A DNA stretch of 64,000 nucleotides from Candidatus Latescibacterota bacterium (GCA_965243025.1 CBDETY010000003.1:1408001-1472000); one strand, 5' to 3'. Shown: positions 11,150-21,276, counted from the stretch's first letter. Numbers and translations are program-made. Notes: generated by a model not told the origin, from the sequence alone.

Positions 11150-11266
11150 ATGAAAGTCAGGGCATCAGTAGGAAAGCGCTGCTCCGAGTGCAGGATCATC
11201 CGCCGCAACGGGACCGTCAGAGTGATTTGCAAGCGCAACCCGCGGCACAAGCAGCGTCAGGGCTGA
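11150..11266 (+). CDS. rpmJ: 50S ribosomal protein L36, C+ type (below ORF-track cutoff)
   Basis: Manual translation [38 protein letters not shown]. Confidence 0.98.
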   Translation: MKVRASVGKRCSECRIIRRNGTVRVICKRNPRHKQRQG

Positions 11267-11294
11267 TGGCAGGGACCTTGCAAGGAGAAAGAAC

Positions 11295-11675
11295 ATGGCA
11301 CGCATAGCAGGTGTCGACCTGCCTCGAGAAAAACGCGTACAGGTGGGATTGACTTATATCTACGGGATCGGGAGAACGTCGTCCGACAAAATCCTCTCCG
11401 AGTCGAACGTCGACCCGGATACCCGGATCAACGCCCTCACCGACGAAGAGTTGACGCGGCTGCGGAACATTATCGAGAGCAAGTTCAAGGTCGAAGGAAG
11501 CCTGCGCGGAGAGGTCAACATGAACATCAAGCGCCTGATGGACATCGGGTGCTACCGCGGACTGCGCCATCGGCGCGGTCTGCCTGCCAACGGCCAGCGA
11601 ACGCGCACCAACGCCCGCACCCGCAAGGGGCCGAGACGGGCGATCGCGGGCAAAAAGAAGGCGCCCAGGAAGTAG
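11295..11675 (+). CDS. rpsM: 30S ribosomal protein S13
   Basis: [39 protein letters not shown]. Confidence 0.98.
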   Translation: MARIAGVDLPREKRVQVGLTYIYGIGRTSSDKILSESNVDPDTRINALTDEELTRLRNIIESKFKVEGSLRGEVNMNIKRLMDIGCYRGLRHRRGLPANGQRTRTNARTRKGPRRAIAGKKKAPRK

Positions 11676-11722
11676 GGGGTGCCGTTTGCGGCGACCTCAT
11701 TGTCTCCAATCGGGAATTTCGA

Positions 11723-12115
11723 ATGCCACCTGAAAAAGCCAGACGACGACGCAAGAAGTCGAAAAAGGTCGAAGCCCTGGGCATAGCCCACATTTTTTCA
11801 ACCTTCAACAACACCATCGTCACGCTTACCGATGTCGAGGGCAACGTCATTTCCTGGGCGACCCCCGGGAAAGTGGGAATCCGCGGCAGCCGGAAGTCGA
11901 CTCCCTTCGCCGGCCAGCTGGCCGCGGAGCGGGCAGCCCAGGAGGCGATCAACATGGGCCTGCGCCGGGTCGAGGCCTGGGTAAAGGGCCCGGGAGTCGG
12001 CCGCGATTCGGCGATCCGGGCATTACAGAACGCAGGGTTGGAGGTTTCTGCGATCCGGGACGTCACTCCGATTCCCCACAACGGTTGCCGGCCGCCGAAA
12101 CGGCGCCGGGTGTAA
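11723..12115 (+). CDS. rpsK: 30S ribosomal protein S11
   Basis: [40 protein letters not shown]. Confidence 0.98.
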   Translation: MPPEKARRRRKKSKKVEALGIAHIFSTFNNTIVTLTDVEGNVISWATPGKVGIRGSRKSTPFAGQLAAERAAQEAINMGLRRVEAWVKGPGVGRDSAIRALQNAGLEVSAIRDVTPIPHNGCRPPKRRRV

Positions 12116-12141
12116 GCACCGAGCGAAAGGCTGAACCCAAC

Positions 12142-12768
12142 GTGAGCAGATACACAGGGCCCAATTGCAGATTCTGTCGCCGGGAAGGCACCAAGCTCTT
12201 TCTGAAGGGAGAGCGGTGCACCCTGGAAAAGTGCGCATTCGAACGACGCAGCTACGCGCCGGGGCAGCATGGGCAGGGGATGCGGAGGAAGCAGTCAGAG
12301 TACAGCGTCCAGCTGCGCGCCAAGCAGAAGCTGGCGCGCATGTACGGCGTTCGCGAAGGACAGTTCCGCAGCTACTACCGGGAAGCTACCCGGGTGCCGG
12401 GAGTAAGCGGTGAAAACCTCTTGAGGCTGCTTGAGAGCCGTCTCGACAGCGTGGTCTTCCGCCTCGGATTCGCCCCGTCGCGCAAGGCTGCCAGGCAGCT
12501 GGTCAGGCACAATCACTTCATGGTCAACGGCCGGCGGGTAAACATCCCTTCCTACCTGACCAGGCCGGGTGACGTGATCGATGTCTCGGAGAAAAGCCGG
12601 CAGCTGGAGGTGTTCCACGAATCCCTGCGACGTGCTCGGGAGACGGTTCCATGGCTGTCCGTGGACAAGGCGAACCTGAGCGGGTCAGTGCTAGAACGTC
12701 CGGCGAGAGAGGACATACCCACGCTGGCGGAAGAGCAGCTGGTTATCGAATTCTACTCACGGGTGTAA
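12142..12768 (+). CDS. rpsD: 30S ribosomal protein S4 (Cys/Zn type)
   Basis: [42 protein letters not shown]; GTG start. Confidence 0.98.
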   Translation: MSRYTGPNCRFCRREGTKLFLKGERCTLEKCAFERRSYAPGQHGQGMRRKQSEYSVQLRAKQKLARMYGVREGQFRSYYREATRVPGVSGENLLRLLESRLDSVVFRLGFAPSRKAARQLVRHNHFMVNGRRVNIPSYLTRPGDVIDVSEKSRQLEVFHESLRRARETVPWLSVDKANLSGSVLERPAREDIPTLAEEQLVIEFYSRV

Positions 12769-12856
12769 GGGGCCAGCGACTTCGGAGCGAACCGCCCGGG
12801 TCGCCGAACAACCCCCATCTCTTTCCAAACCAAACCAAACCGGGGGCAGTAGCCAT

Positions 12857-13870
12857 ATGGCGTTAGATGGTCTTCAGATGCCGCGACTCGTCGAAGTCGA
12901 CAAGGACACGCTTACCGACACCTACGGCTCCTTCACGATGCAGCCGTTGGAGCGCGGATTCGGCGTGACCGTTGGAAACGCGATCAGACGCGTCCTCATT
13001 TCCTCGATTCAGGGAGCCGCCATCAAGTCGGTAAGCGTCGAGGGGGTGCAGCATGAGTTCTCCGTGGTCAAGGGAGTGCGCGAAGACCTTCCGGAAATCG
13101 TGCTGAATCTCAAGGAAGTCGCCATCCGCTATTACGGGGAAGAGGACCGCGTTCTGCAAATCGAAGCTCAGGGGCCGAAGGAATTGGTGGCCGCGGATCT
13201 GATGGTCGATTCCGCGGTCGAGGTATTGAATCCCGATCTCCATATAGCAACCCTCGGCAAGGAGGCCCTCCTGAAACTGGAGCTCGCGGTCGGGCGAGGG
13301 TGCGGTTACGTGTTCGCGGAAGAGAACAAGCTTCCGGAACAGCCGATCGGGACCATTCCGATGGACGCCAACTTCTCACCCGTCCTCAAGGTCAATTACG
13401 ACATCGAGCACGCTCGCGTCGGCCGTCGCACCGATTACGACAAGCTCAATCTGCAGGTATGGACGGATGGTTCCCTGCGGCCGGAAGACGCAATGGCGCA
13501 GGCCGCGAGAATCCTGATCGAGCACCTGAATCTCATCGCCAATTTCCAGACGGAACCCGTGCCCGATCCGGAGCGGGAAGTCGATGACCAGGTCAAGCAT
13601 ATTGCGAAACTTCTCGCCATGCCTGTCGATGACCTCGAACTGTCGGTGCGATCGGCGAACTGTCTCCGGGCGGCGGGGATCACGAATCTTCGAGAACTCG
13701 TTTCCCGCAGCGAAGCTGAAATGCTCAAGTTTCGCAATTTCGGGCGCAAGTCGCTGAACGAACTGGGTGAAATCCTCGACGAAATGAACCTCGGGTGGGG
13801 CATGGACATCTCCCGTTTCGAGGATGTCGAGCTGGAAGAGGAACCGGAAAGAGCCCTTGCGGATGAGTGA
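12857..13870 (+). CDS. rpoA: RNA polymerase alpha subunit
   Basis: PLERGFGVTVGNAIRR, HEFS, alpha-CTD LSVRSANCL..NFGRKSL. Confidence 0.99.
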   Translation: MALDGLQMPRLVEVDKDTLTDTYGSFTMQPLERGFGVTVGNAIRRVLISSIQGAAIKSVSVEGVQHEFSVVKGVREDLPEIVLNLKEVAIRYYGEEDRVLQIEAQGPKELVAADLMVDSAVEVLNPDLHIATLGKEALLKLELAVGRGCGYVFAEENKLPEQPIGTIPMDANFSPVLKVNYDIEHARVGRRTDYDKLNLQVWTDGSLRPEDAMAQAARILIEHLNLIANFQTEPVPDPEREVDDQVKHIAKLLAMPVDDLELSVRSANCLRAAGITNLRELVSRSEAEMLKFRNFGRKSLNELGEILDEMNLGWGMDISRFEDVELEEEPERALADE

Positions 13871-13937
13871 CACAATGAATCCCGAGCCCGATGGTCGAGG
13901 ACCAGCGAAGGGGACTCCGGACCTGAGAGAGTGGTAA

Positions 13938-14357
13938 ATGGTACACAGGAACAAAAAGGCAAAGCTGAACCGCGACCGCAGTCATCTCAAGGCGATGCTC
14001 GGAAACATGGTAACCTCCTTGATCGAACACGAGGCTATCCACACAACCCCGGCGAAAGCGAAGGAACTCAGGCGAACTGCGGAGAGTCTGATCACCTTTG
14101 CCAAAAGGGGTGACCTGCATGCCCGCCGCCAGGTTTTGCGAACCATCGCCAACAAACGCATTGTGGCCAAGCTTTTTGACGAGATCGGTCCCCGGTACTC
14201 CAACCGCAACGGCGGCTACACGCGGATCGTCAAGGGTGGGCCGAGGCGCGGCGATGGTGCGGAGATGTGCATGATCGAACTGGTCGACAGGCCAGGCAGC
14301 GGAGATACGGCTTCCGTTCCAGCCTCGAGTCAGGAAACGGAAAATAAAGAAGAATAG
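13938..14357 (+). CDS. rplQ: 50S ribosomal protein L17
   Basis: [26 protein letters not shown]. Confidence 0.98.
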   Translation: MVHRNKKAKLNRDRSHLKAMLGNMVTSLIEHEAIHTTPAKAKELRRTAESLITFAKRGDLHARRQVLRTIANKRIVAKLFDEIGPRYSNRNGGYTRIVKGGPRRGDGAEMCMIELVDRPGSGDTASVPASSQETENKEE

Positions 14358-14358
14358 G

Positions 14359-14400
14359 GGGGCGGCCCCGGGTCGGAACACCGGCCGGGAGTGGCCGCTC
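14359..14400 (+). terminator. GC-rich hairpin after rplQ (possible terminator or processing stem; no clear U-tract)
   Basis: Nested imperfect inverted repeats GCGGCC..GGTCGG-AACA-CCGGCC..GGCCGC. Confidence 0.3.
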
Positions 14401-14512
14401 CAGAAACCGGAACGCGAGGCGCGCTTCTGATGGTGAAACCGGCATCATCTTGTGCGCCTCGCTTTTCGTTGTACCACCGCCTCACCATTCATCCAGCTAC
14501 CAGAACCCGCAA

Positions 14513-15877
14513 GTGCCAAGACCAAAGCCCGGCGATCGGATCGAGCTCGATATTCGCGACTTGACGGCCCAGGGGGACGGCAGGGCATGGAGCGGCGATT
14601 CGGAGTTCATCGTCCGCCGAACCTTTCCCGGAGACCGGGTGGAAGCCACTGTGCGCCGGAGGAAGGGGAGAACCTGCGAGGCGGACCCGAACCGGATAAC
14701 CGACGCCGGAATCCCCCGGGTAGCTCCTGAATGCCCTCACTTCGGAGTGTGCGGCGGGTGCCGCTGGCAGGATCTCGGTTACGTTGACCAGTTGCGACTG
14801 AAGGAACGGATGGTGGCAAAGGCACTGGAGCAACAGGGTCTTTTCTGCGACCGACAAAGACCGATTATTGGAAGCGGCGCCCCGTTTTTCTACCGCAACA
14901 AGATGGAGTTCTCATTCGGCAGGGATTGCGGAGGCGGCACGCTGTTGGGATTGCATCACCGCGGCCGCTACAACCGGGTTTTCGATGTGCGCGACTGCCG
15001 TTTACAGTCGCAGCTGTCGAACCGGATCGTCGATACCGTGCGCAGCTGCGCCTCCGCCGGGGAGCTTCCCCCGTACGACCTCAAGACCCACGAAGGAATA
15101 CTGCGCTTCCTGGCGGTGCGGGAAGGCAGGAATACCGGTGAAGTGATGGCGAACCTCGTGGTCTCCGAGTACCCCCACAAGGGAGTCGAAGATCTGGTTC
15201 GCTGCGTACTCGAAAGGATTCCGGAGATAACGACTTTCGTCGTAACTCTGCACCGGGGAAAAGCCCAGGCCGCCATCGGTGAGCGGGAGTTCGTCCTCAA
15301 GGGAAGCGGCATGATCTCGGAGATCTGCGGAGGTATCGAATTCGACATTTCCGCAGCTTCCTTCTTCCAGACAAACACCGATCAGGCCGAGGTTCTCAAC
15401 GAGCAGATCGCCGCGCTGGCGGGTAATCTGACGGGCGCCTCCGTTCTCGATCTCTACTGTGGAACAGGGGGAATCAGCCTCCACCTGGCGAAACGTGCCG
15501 ACAGGGTGATTGGAGTCGAGCAGGTCGAGGAGGCCGTTGCCGACGCCCGCAGAAACGCGGAAAAGAACGGAACCGGGAACTGCACTTTCGTGACCGGCCG
15601 GGTCGAGGAGGAAATTGAGGCGCTGATAGAGGAGAACAGGCAGTTCGATCTTGTGATCGCCGATCCGCCCCGCGCGGGAATCCACAAGTCGGTGCTGAAG
15701 GCCCTGATCGGACTTGGAGCACCCTCTCTCATCTACGTCTCCTGCAACCCCACGTCCATGGCCGCGGACGCAGGGGTTCTCTGCGAAGGCGGATTCCGGC
15801 TGCGATCCCTGCAGCCGATCGACCTTTTTCCCCAGACCCCTCATTGCGAGGCAATCGCTCACCTGACCGTCTCCTGA
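14513..15877 (+). CDS. rlmD: 23S rRNA (uracil-5)-methyltransferase RlmD/RumA family
   Basis: TRAM-like N-terminus, CPHFGVCGGC Fe-S motif, YRNK, SFFQTN, DLYCGTGG, DPPRAG, YVSCNP, DLFPQTPHCE; start approximate. Confidence 0.92.
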   Translation: MPRPKPGDRIELDIRDLTAQGDGRAWSGDSEFIVRRTFPGDRVEATVRRRKGRTCEADPNRITDAGIPRVAPECPHFGVCGGCRWQDLGYVDQLRLKERMVAKALEQQGLFCDRQRPIIGSGAPFFYRNKMEFSFGRDCGGGTLLGLHHRGRYNRVFDVRDCRLQSQLSNRIVDTVRSCASAGELPPYDLKTHEGILRFLAVREGRNTGEVMANLVVSEYPHKGVEDLVRCVLERIPEITTFVVTLHRGKAQAAIGEREFVLKGSGMISEICGGIEFDISAASFFQTNTDQAEVLNEQIAALAGNLTGASVLDLYCGTGGISLHLAKRADRVIGVEQVEEAVADARRNAEKNGTGNCTFVTGRVEEEIEALIEENRQFDLVIADPPRAGIHKSVLKALIGLGAPSLIYVSCNPTSMAADAGVLCEGGFRLRSLQPIDLFPQTPHCEAIAHLTVS

Positions 15878-16014
15878 TCGGGAAACCGTGGTGGGAGGGA
15901 ACGTTTTCTCCCGGGGGTTTGCCTGTCATACCGTCAGACGCAGGCGATCGGGTCGAGGCACCGAAAAGGAGAGAAGGAGCATGCCGGGAAGAAGCTCAGG
16001 CACCCCTTCTTGAA

Positions 16015-17502
16015 ATGGGAATCGATCATAACATCCCCCATCCTCACGGGTCGGCGGGGACGGCGCGTGTCCTCGTCGTCCTGGCGGAAACCGATGAAAC
16101 CAGGCATCTGGTCGCTTTTCTGAACGAGGAGGGGTACGAGGTGCTTTGGGCTCGCGAGAGTCAGTCGGCCTACGACATCCTCGACAGGGAGCGGGTCGAC
16201 GGACTGATCTGCGATCTCCAGGCGGAGCGGGTCGATGGCCTGCGGCTTGTTAAAGTATCCCTGCAGCGCAACGCCGAGATCTGTTCGATTGCGGTCGCCA
16301 GCACGACACTCGAGGGGATCGAACTCGGAACAGAAGCCATGCGGCAGGGAGCCTATGATTTCCAGGTGCGCCCCCTCATACTCGCCAAGATCAACGCTGT
16401 TCTGCGGCGGGGTCTCTCGCACCAGCGCCTGGTCGACGAGGTTTACGACCTCCATCGCCGTCTCGACAGGCGCTACCGGTTCGGGGGGGTGATGCGCCGC
16501 TCTTCGGCCTGGCAGCGGATATACAGCCAGATCGAGCAGGTCGCCCCGTCGAAAGCCACCGTGCTTCTGCTCGGAGAGACTGGAACCGGCAAGGGGGAGC
16601 TGGCGAAAGCCATCCATCAGCACAGCAATCGCCGCGACAACCCCTTCGTCGAAACCAACTGCGGCGCCCTTCCCGAAGCGATTGTCGAGAGCGAGCTGTT
16701 CGGCCACGAGAGGGGAGCATTCACTGGCGCTTCCGCCTCCCGCAAGGGTCGTTTCGAGCTTGCCGACGGGGGCACCCTCTTTCTCGACGAAGTCGGGGAC
16801 TTGACGATGCCGACCCAGGTCAAGCTTCTCCGTGTCGTTCAGGGTTCGGAGTTCGAGCGGGTCGGAGGCGTGGAGACCCGAAAGGTGGACGTTCGCCTCG
16901 TTGCCGCAACCAACCGCGACCTGGAAGCGATGGTTTCCGAAGGAGAGTACCGGGCGGATCTGTTCTACAGACTGAACGTTGTCAGCATCGAGGTGCCGCC
17001 GATACGACAGAGCCGCGAGGACATTCCCATCCTCATCGACCAGTTCATCCGCGAATTCGCGGAGGAGAACCGGCAAAAGACGGTGGGTATGACTCCGGCG
17101 GCCGTCGACTGCCTGGCGCAGTACGACTGGCCAGGCAACGTAAGGGAGCTGAAAAACTGCATTGAGGGGATGCTCGTCATGCGAACATCCGACAACAGGC
17201 TCGACGTCAAGGACGTCCCCGACCACATAAGGAACCCGGGGGGACGGCCGGCTGTATTCATCAAAGCCGGGATGACGATGAGGGAAATCGAAAAGCAGGC
17301 GATCGCCGACACCCTGGAAGCAGTCGGCTACGATCGGCGCCAGGCCGCCGCAGTGCTCGGGATCGGCCTCAGTACGCTGTACAGGAAAGAGAAGGAATAC
17401 GGACTGAAAGGCAGTGGGAAGTCAGGCCGTGGAACCCATGAGAAGGGCTCCGGAACACCTCCCGGCAAGTCCGTCAGACTGCTGACCCGGAAGCGGTCGT
17501 AG
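16015..17502 (+). CDS. Sigma54-dependent NtrC-family activator (receiver-AAA+-Fis HTH)
   Basis: GETGTGKG, ESELFGHERGAFTGA, LFLDE, YRADLFYRL, WPGNVRELKN, AAAVLGIGLSTLYRK; start approximate. Confidence 0.95.
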   Translation: MGIDHNIPHPHGSAGTARVLVVLAETDETRHLVAFLNEEGYEVLWARESQSAYDILDRERVDGLICDLQAERVDGLRLVKVSLQRNAEICSIAVASTTLEGIELGTEAMRQGAYDFQVRPLILAKINAVLRRGLSHQRLVDEVYDLHRRLDRRYRFGGVMRRSSAWQRIYSQIEQVAPSKATVLLLGETGTGKGELAKAIHQHSNRRDNPFVETNCGALPEAIVESELFGHERGAFTGASASRKGRFELADGGTLFLDEVGDLTMPTQVKLLRVVQGSEFERVGGVETRKVDVRLVAATNRDLEAMVSEGEYRADLFYRLNVVSIEVPPIRQSREDIPILIDQFIREFAEENRQKTVGMTPAAVDCLAQYDWPGNVRELKNCIEGMLVMRTSDNRLDVKDVPDHIRNPGGRPAVFIKAGMTMREIEKQAIADTLEAVGYDRRQAAAVLGIGLSTLYRKEKEYGLKGSGKSGRGTHEKGSGTPPGKSVRLLTRKRS

Positions 17503-17526
17503 CCGAAAGAACTACCGTTTTCGGTT

Positions 17527-19056
17527 TCAGGGGTTTTCGGTTTCCCCGGGATTGTACAGATCCTTGATAAGCTGGTTCAGGACCTCCTGGGGACGCGTGA
17601 GAACCTCCGGGGTGATTTCGAACTGCTCCAATTCGAGAAGCTTGAGGCCGTGTCCGTAATCCGAAAGGATTCCGGCGCAAACCTCCCCCGGCAACCGGCC
17701 CTGGGCTCTCGCCATTTCCTTAACCGCCTCGACGGCCTTCCCGGAGAAGCTCAGGCGAATTCCATATTCGCGCGAGAATTTCGCCGAGAAGCTGTGCAGG
17801 CTGGTATCGACGAGCATGGACTTCAATTCACCCTCCGGATCGAGGACCGTGCGCTCGGTCACGGTGAACGACTCGGTGTCCGTCGACGGCAGCCGGGTTT
17901 CGAAGCGAAGCAGGGTTTTCTCGACCACGCTGACCAGCCCGCGGGCTCCGATCTGCTCTTGGAATGCCATTTCCGCAAGTTTCTGCAAGGCCTCGTCGGA
18001 GAAATCCAGAGCGATCCCGTAGGCCCTGAAATCCCGCTTCTTCGACAGGACGACGCTGCTGTTCTCCCCTCTGAGGATTTCGAGCAGGTCCTCGCGGCCC
18101 AGGGAATGGAGCACCGCGACCACCGGAAGGCGTCCGATGAACTCCGATTCGAACCCGAAATCGATCAGGTCTTCCGCCCGGACCTCGTTCAACAGTTCAC
18201 CGTCGGCAACAGCGTCCTCTGGCGGCGCCCGCGGATCGCGGAGTCGGAAGCCCATAGCGCCGCGATTCAGGCGTCGCGCAATGATTTCCTGGAGTTCACC
18301 GAAAGCTCCGCTGACGACGAAAAGGATGTTTCGGGTGTTGATTTTCTTGCGCTCCGCCTTTCCGGTTTTCTGGATCTGAATCACCGATTCCATCTGCGAG
18401 GAGATGTCGTGCGGAGCCTTGAGATCGACCTCCGTCTCCTCCATCAGCTTCAGGAGGTTGCGCTGAACTCCGGAACCGGAAACATCGGGCCCGGCGGTCG
18501 TCCTGGTCGAGGCGATCTTGTCGATTTCGTCGATGTAGATGATTCCGTGTTCAGCGAGCTCGATGTCCCCCTCGGCTTCGGAAACGAGCTCTCGCACCAG
18601 GTCTTCGACGTCGCCTCCCACGTACCCGGTTTCGGAAAACTTCGTGGCATCCGCCTTGACGAAGGGGACGCCCAGACGGCGGGCGATCAGCTTGACGAGA
18701 AAGGTCTTGCCCACACCGGTCGGGCCGATCATCAGGACGTTGTTCTTTATCGATCCCACGAACAGGTCTTCGTCATCGGCGGGGAGATTCAGACGGTTGA
18801 AGTGGGTGCAGATCTTGGTGGCGAGGATCGCCTTGGCTTCCTCCTGCCGGACTACGTATTCGTCGAGGTGGGAAATCAGTTCCTCCGGCTTCAGGCTGAA
18901 GTTCAGTTTTTCCCCCGGTGGGGCAGCAGGTTCTCCATCCCCGGTGCCAGCGGTCTCCGAATGGGGAGCTGCCTCCGCCTCCGTATGGTATTGCTGGGAC
19001 AGGAATTCCCGCAGCTTTTCCGGGTCCATGCCCGGCTTTTCCATGCTGACATCCAT
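17527..19056 (-). CDS. ClpX-like AAA+ ATPase lacking the N-terminal zinc-binding domain
   Basis: GPTGVGKT, DATKFSETGYVG, IIYIDEIDK, DVSGSGVQRNLLK, EFIGRLP, GARGL. Confidence 0.9.
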   Translation of the reverse strand: MDVSMEKPGMDPEKLREFLSQQYHTEAEAAPHSETAGTGDGEPAAPPGEKLNFSLKPEELISHLDEYVVRQEEAKAILATKICTHFNRLNLPADDEDLFVGSIKNNVLMIGPTGVGKTFLVKLIARRLGVPFVKADATKFSETGYVGGDVEDLVRELVSEAEGDIELAEHGIIYIDEIDKIASTRTTAGPDVSGSGVQRNLLKLMEETEVDLKAPHDISSQMESVIQIQKTGKAERKKINTRNILFVVSGAFGELQEIIARRLNRGAMGFRLRDPRAPPEDAVADGELLNEVRAEDLIDFGFESEFIGRLPVVAVLHSLGREDLLEILRGENSSVVLSKKRDFRAYGIALDFSDEALQKLAEMAFQEQIGARGLVSVVEKTLLRFETRLPSTDTESFTVTERTVLDPEGELKSMLVDTSLHSFSAKFSREYGIRLSFSGKAVEAVKEMARAQGRLPGEVCAGILSDYGHGLKLLELEQFEITPEVLTRPQEVLNQLIKDLYNPGETENP

Positions 19057-19125
19057 GACTGACCCCCTGAAATCGGCAACCTGACAGGAATGGAATATAC
19101 CGGAGCCGGACGGGGGCGACAACGA

Positions 19126-19154
19126 TTGACAGTGGGGGTGTCCGCCCATAAATT
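19126..19154 (+). promoter_or_regulatory. Putative sigma70 promoter for the LpoA-like gene
   Basis: TTGACA-17 nt-TAAATT, 16 nt before ATG 19171. Confidence 0.6.
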
Positions 19155-19170
19155 ACGCTCTCACATACAC

Positions 19171-21276
19171 ATGTGGCGTTTCTTTTCCAGGTGGAACAGG
19201 CCCTTCCGGGGGGCGCGGGTTCTCGGGGAGGGCCTTTTTACGACGGCTCTACTGTCCATTGGGGCACTCCCTTCCGTTTCGAGCCCCGCCCCGGCGCAAC
19301 CGCTTCCGCAACAGTCATACTCCCCCGAGGCCGACAGTAAGTTCGCGCGCGGCGTATCGGCCTACGCCGAAGGGAACTACGGTGAAGCGCTGCGCGCGCT
19401 CGAGGAGGTCAGCGCCCTGCCGTCGAATCAGCGCACCTCCGCGGCGTTGCTGCTGGCCAGCTGGGCTCTGGTGCGCCTGGACCGGTTCAGGGAAGCCCTG
19501 GAAGCCGCCCGCCGGATAGAAATCGACTATCCCGGCAGTCGCTACACTGCGGATGCCCGCCTCGTGGCGGGGGACTGTTATTTCCAACTGGAGCGTTACC
19601 GGGAAGCCGCTGCGGAGTACGCCGGTCTTCTTGCAGCTCCCGGGCCGTTGTCCCTCCAGGCGAGCGCCGCTGAAAGGCTTGCGGGTATCGTTCGAAACCG
19701 GGCGGTATCCACAGAGGAGCGGGAGCGAATCCGCCGGCAGCTCGGCGCCGGGCGTTTCCGCGACGCCTTGCTGTTCGGCGAAGCCCGGTGGTATTCCCGC
19801 CTGGGGTGGAAGGAACGCAGCCACGCGGCTCTGGCAACCTACCTCGACAGCGTCGAGAACGGTCTGTTCGCCGCCCTCGCTCGCAGGACGCTGGGCGGCG
19901 ACCAGGAAGTCCGCGAGGGGAACGGGGAATTCGGGACCGGCGGATTCCCTTCCACATCGGGGGTCGCAACCGGGTCGGGGGCGGGCCCGGACGGACGTCC
20001 GGCGATAGGCATCCCCATGCCTTTGAGCGGGTCGCGAAGCTACGCGGGTGAAGAGCTCCTCGCTGGAATTCAGATGGCGAACGACCGGATGGGAAAGCCC
20101 TTCGAGCTCCGGGTCGTCGACACCGGCCAGCGCCGGCTTGTGGGAGGACGCGGCTCCTCCGCTTCAATTCCACAAGGGGATGGAAGCAGCCTGCTGCGGA
20201 CGGTGTCGGCTGTGGAGTCGTTGGCCGGGGACCGGAATGTCGTCGCCATTATCGGCCCGGTTTTCAGTCCCGCCTGCGTAGCGGCTTCTGTCGTGGCGGA
20301 AGCGGCTGGCATCCCCCTGATCGCCCCGCTGGCCCAGCAGAGCGGTCTCGACACGCTCGGGCGCCACATTTTCCAGCTGAACGTGGTTCCCGAAGTCCAG
20401 GGACGCGCCCTGGCGGAGTACGCCACCCTCGTCCTCGGGCTTGGCAATCTCGCGGTTCTCGCCCCGCTGACCGAATATGGATGGAATTTCCACCGCGCCT
20501 TTGTCAAACTGGCGGAAAGCAATGGTGGAGATGTCGTACACAGCGACTGGTACGTCCCGGAGGAGACCACCGACTTCAAGGACCAGTTCGAGTCCCTCAG
20601 ACAGGCCGGGTTCCGGCTGATGCCGTCCCCGGATCCGGTCGATACCATGGCCGTGCTCGACTCGCTGTCGCTGGCCCTTCTCGATACCACCGATACCGGG
20701 GAGGGGACCTTCTACGAGCTCCTGGAAGCCCCCGTCGAGACGATCGAAGAACCCCCGGATTCGACGGAGATATTCATCGATACCATCGACGGCATCGCGG
20801 TAGTGGTGGAGAGCTTCGACGACGCCCGCACCATCGCAGCGCAGCTGCGCTTCTTTCGGTTGGAGGGCAAAGTGCTGGGGAACGATATCTGGTATCGCCC
20901 GGAGGAAATCCGTCAGATGGGCCGGATCGAGAGGAAATACGTCGAAGGGGGGGTTCTCGTTTCCGGACGATTCGGAGCGGCTTCGACCCGGGCCTTTACG
21001 GATGAATTCCGCACCCGGTTCCGCCGTGACCCCGGGCTCGCGGTCCATGGGTACGACGCCGCCGCGATGCTGATCAGAGGATGGGAGGAAGGGCACCAGA
21101 CGCGGGCGGATCTTCGGGAATGGTTGGCGCAGATGAGGGGCTACGAGGGGGCGGCCGGCCGCGTCAGTTTCCCGGATGGGCGGCGTGTCAATACCGAGCT
21201 GACCTTGCTGATGATCGATCCCCGCGGGCGGGTGAGGGCATTCGGCGACCGGGACCTTCCGGGATTTTCTCCATGA
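19171..21276 (+). CDS. TPR + type-1 periplasmic-binding domain protein (LpoA/LppC-like)
   Basis: N-terminal hydrophobic segment, BamD-like TPRs (IDYPGSRY..ARLVAGDCYF), IGIPMPLSG, AIIGPVFS, GYDAA, YEGAAGRVSF. Confidence 0.75.
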   Translation: MWRFFSRWNRPFRGARVLGEGLFTTALLSIGALPSVSSPAPAQPLPQQSYSPEADSKFARGVSAYAEGNYGEALRALEEVSALPSNQRTSAALLLASWALVRLDRFREALEAARRIEIDYPGSRYTADARLVAGDCYFQLERYREAAAEYAGLLAAPGPLSLQASAAERLAGIVRNRAVSTEERERIRRQLGAGRFRDALLFGEARWYSRLGWKERSHAALATYLDSVENGLFAALARRTLGGDQEVREGNGEFGTGGFPSTSGVATGSGAGPDGRPAIGIPMPLSGSRSYAGEELLAGIQMANDRMGKPFELRVVDTGQRRLVGGRGSSASIPQGDGSSLLRTVSAVESLAGDRNVVAIIGPVFSPACVAASVVAEAAGIPLIAPLAQQSGLDTLGRHIFQLNVVPEVQGRALAEYATLVLGLGNLAVLAPLTEYGWNFHRAFVKLAESNGGDVVHSDWYVPEETTDFKDQFESLRQAGFRLMPSPDPVDTMAVLDSLSLALLDTTDTGEGTFYELLEAPVETIEEPPDSTEIFIDTIDGIAVVVESFDDARTIAAQLRFFRLEGKVLGNDIWYRPEEIRQMGRIERKYVEGGVLVSGRFGAASTRAFTDEFRTRFRRDPGLAVHGYDAAAMLIRGWEEGHQTRADLREWLAQMRGYEGAAGRVSFPDGRRVNTELTLLMIDPRGRVRAFGDRDLPGFSP

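Noticed and set aside
12825-12841. CCAAA x3 microrepeat between rpsD and rpoA
   Set aside because: Too short to indicate a contingency locus
1-14357. Visibly lower GC in the ribosomal cluster than in the rest of the window, as a sign of horizontal transfer
   Set aside because: Judged by eye only, and explained by codon and amino-acid bias of highly expressed core genes
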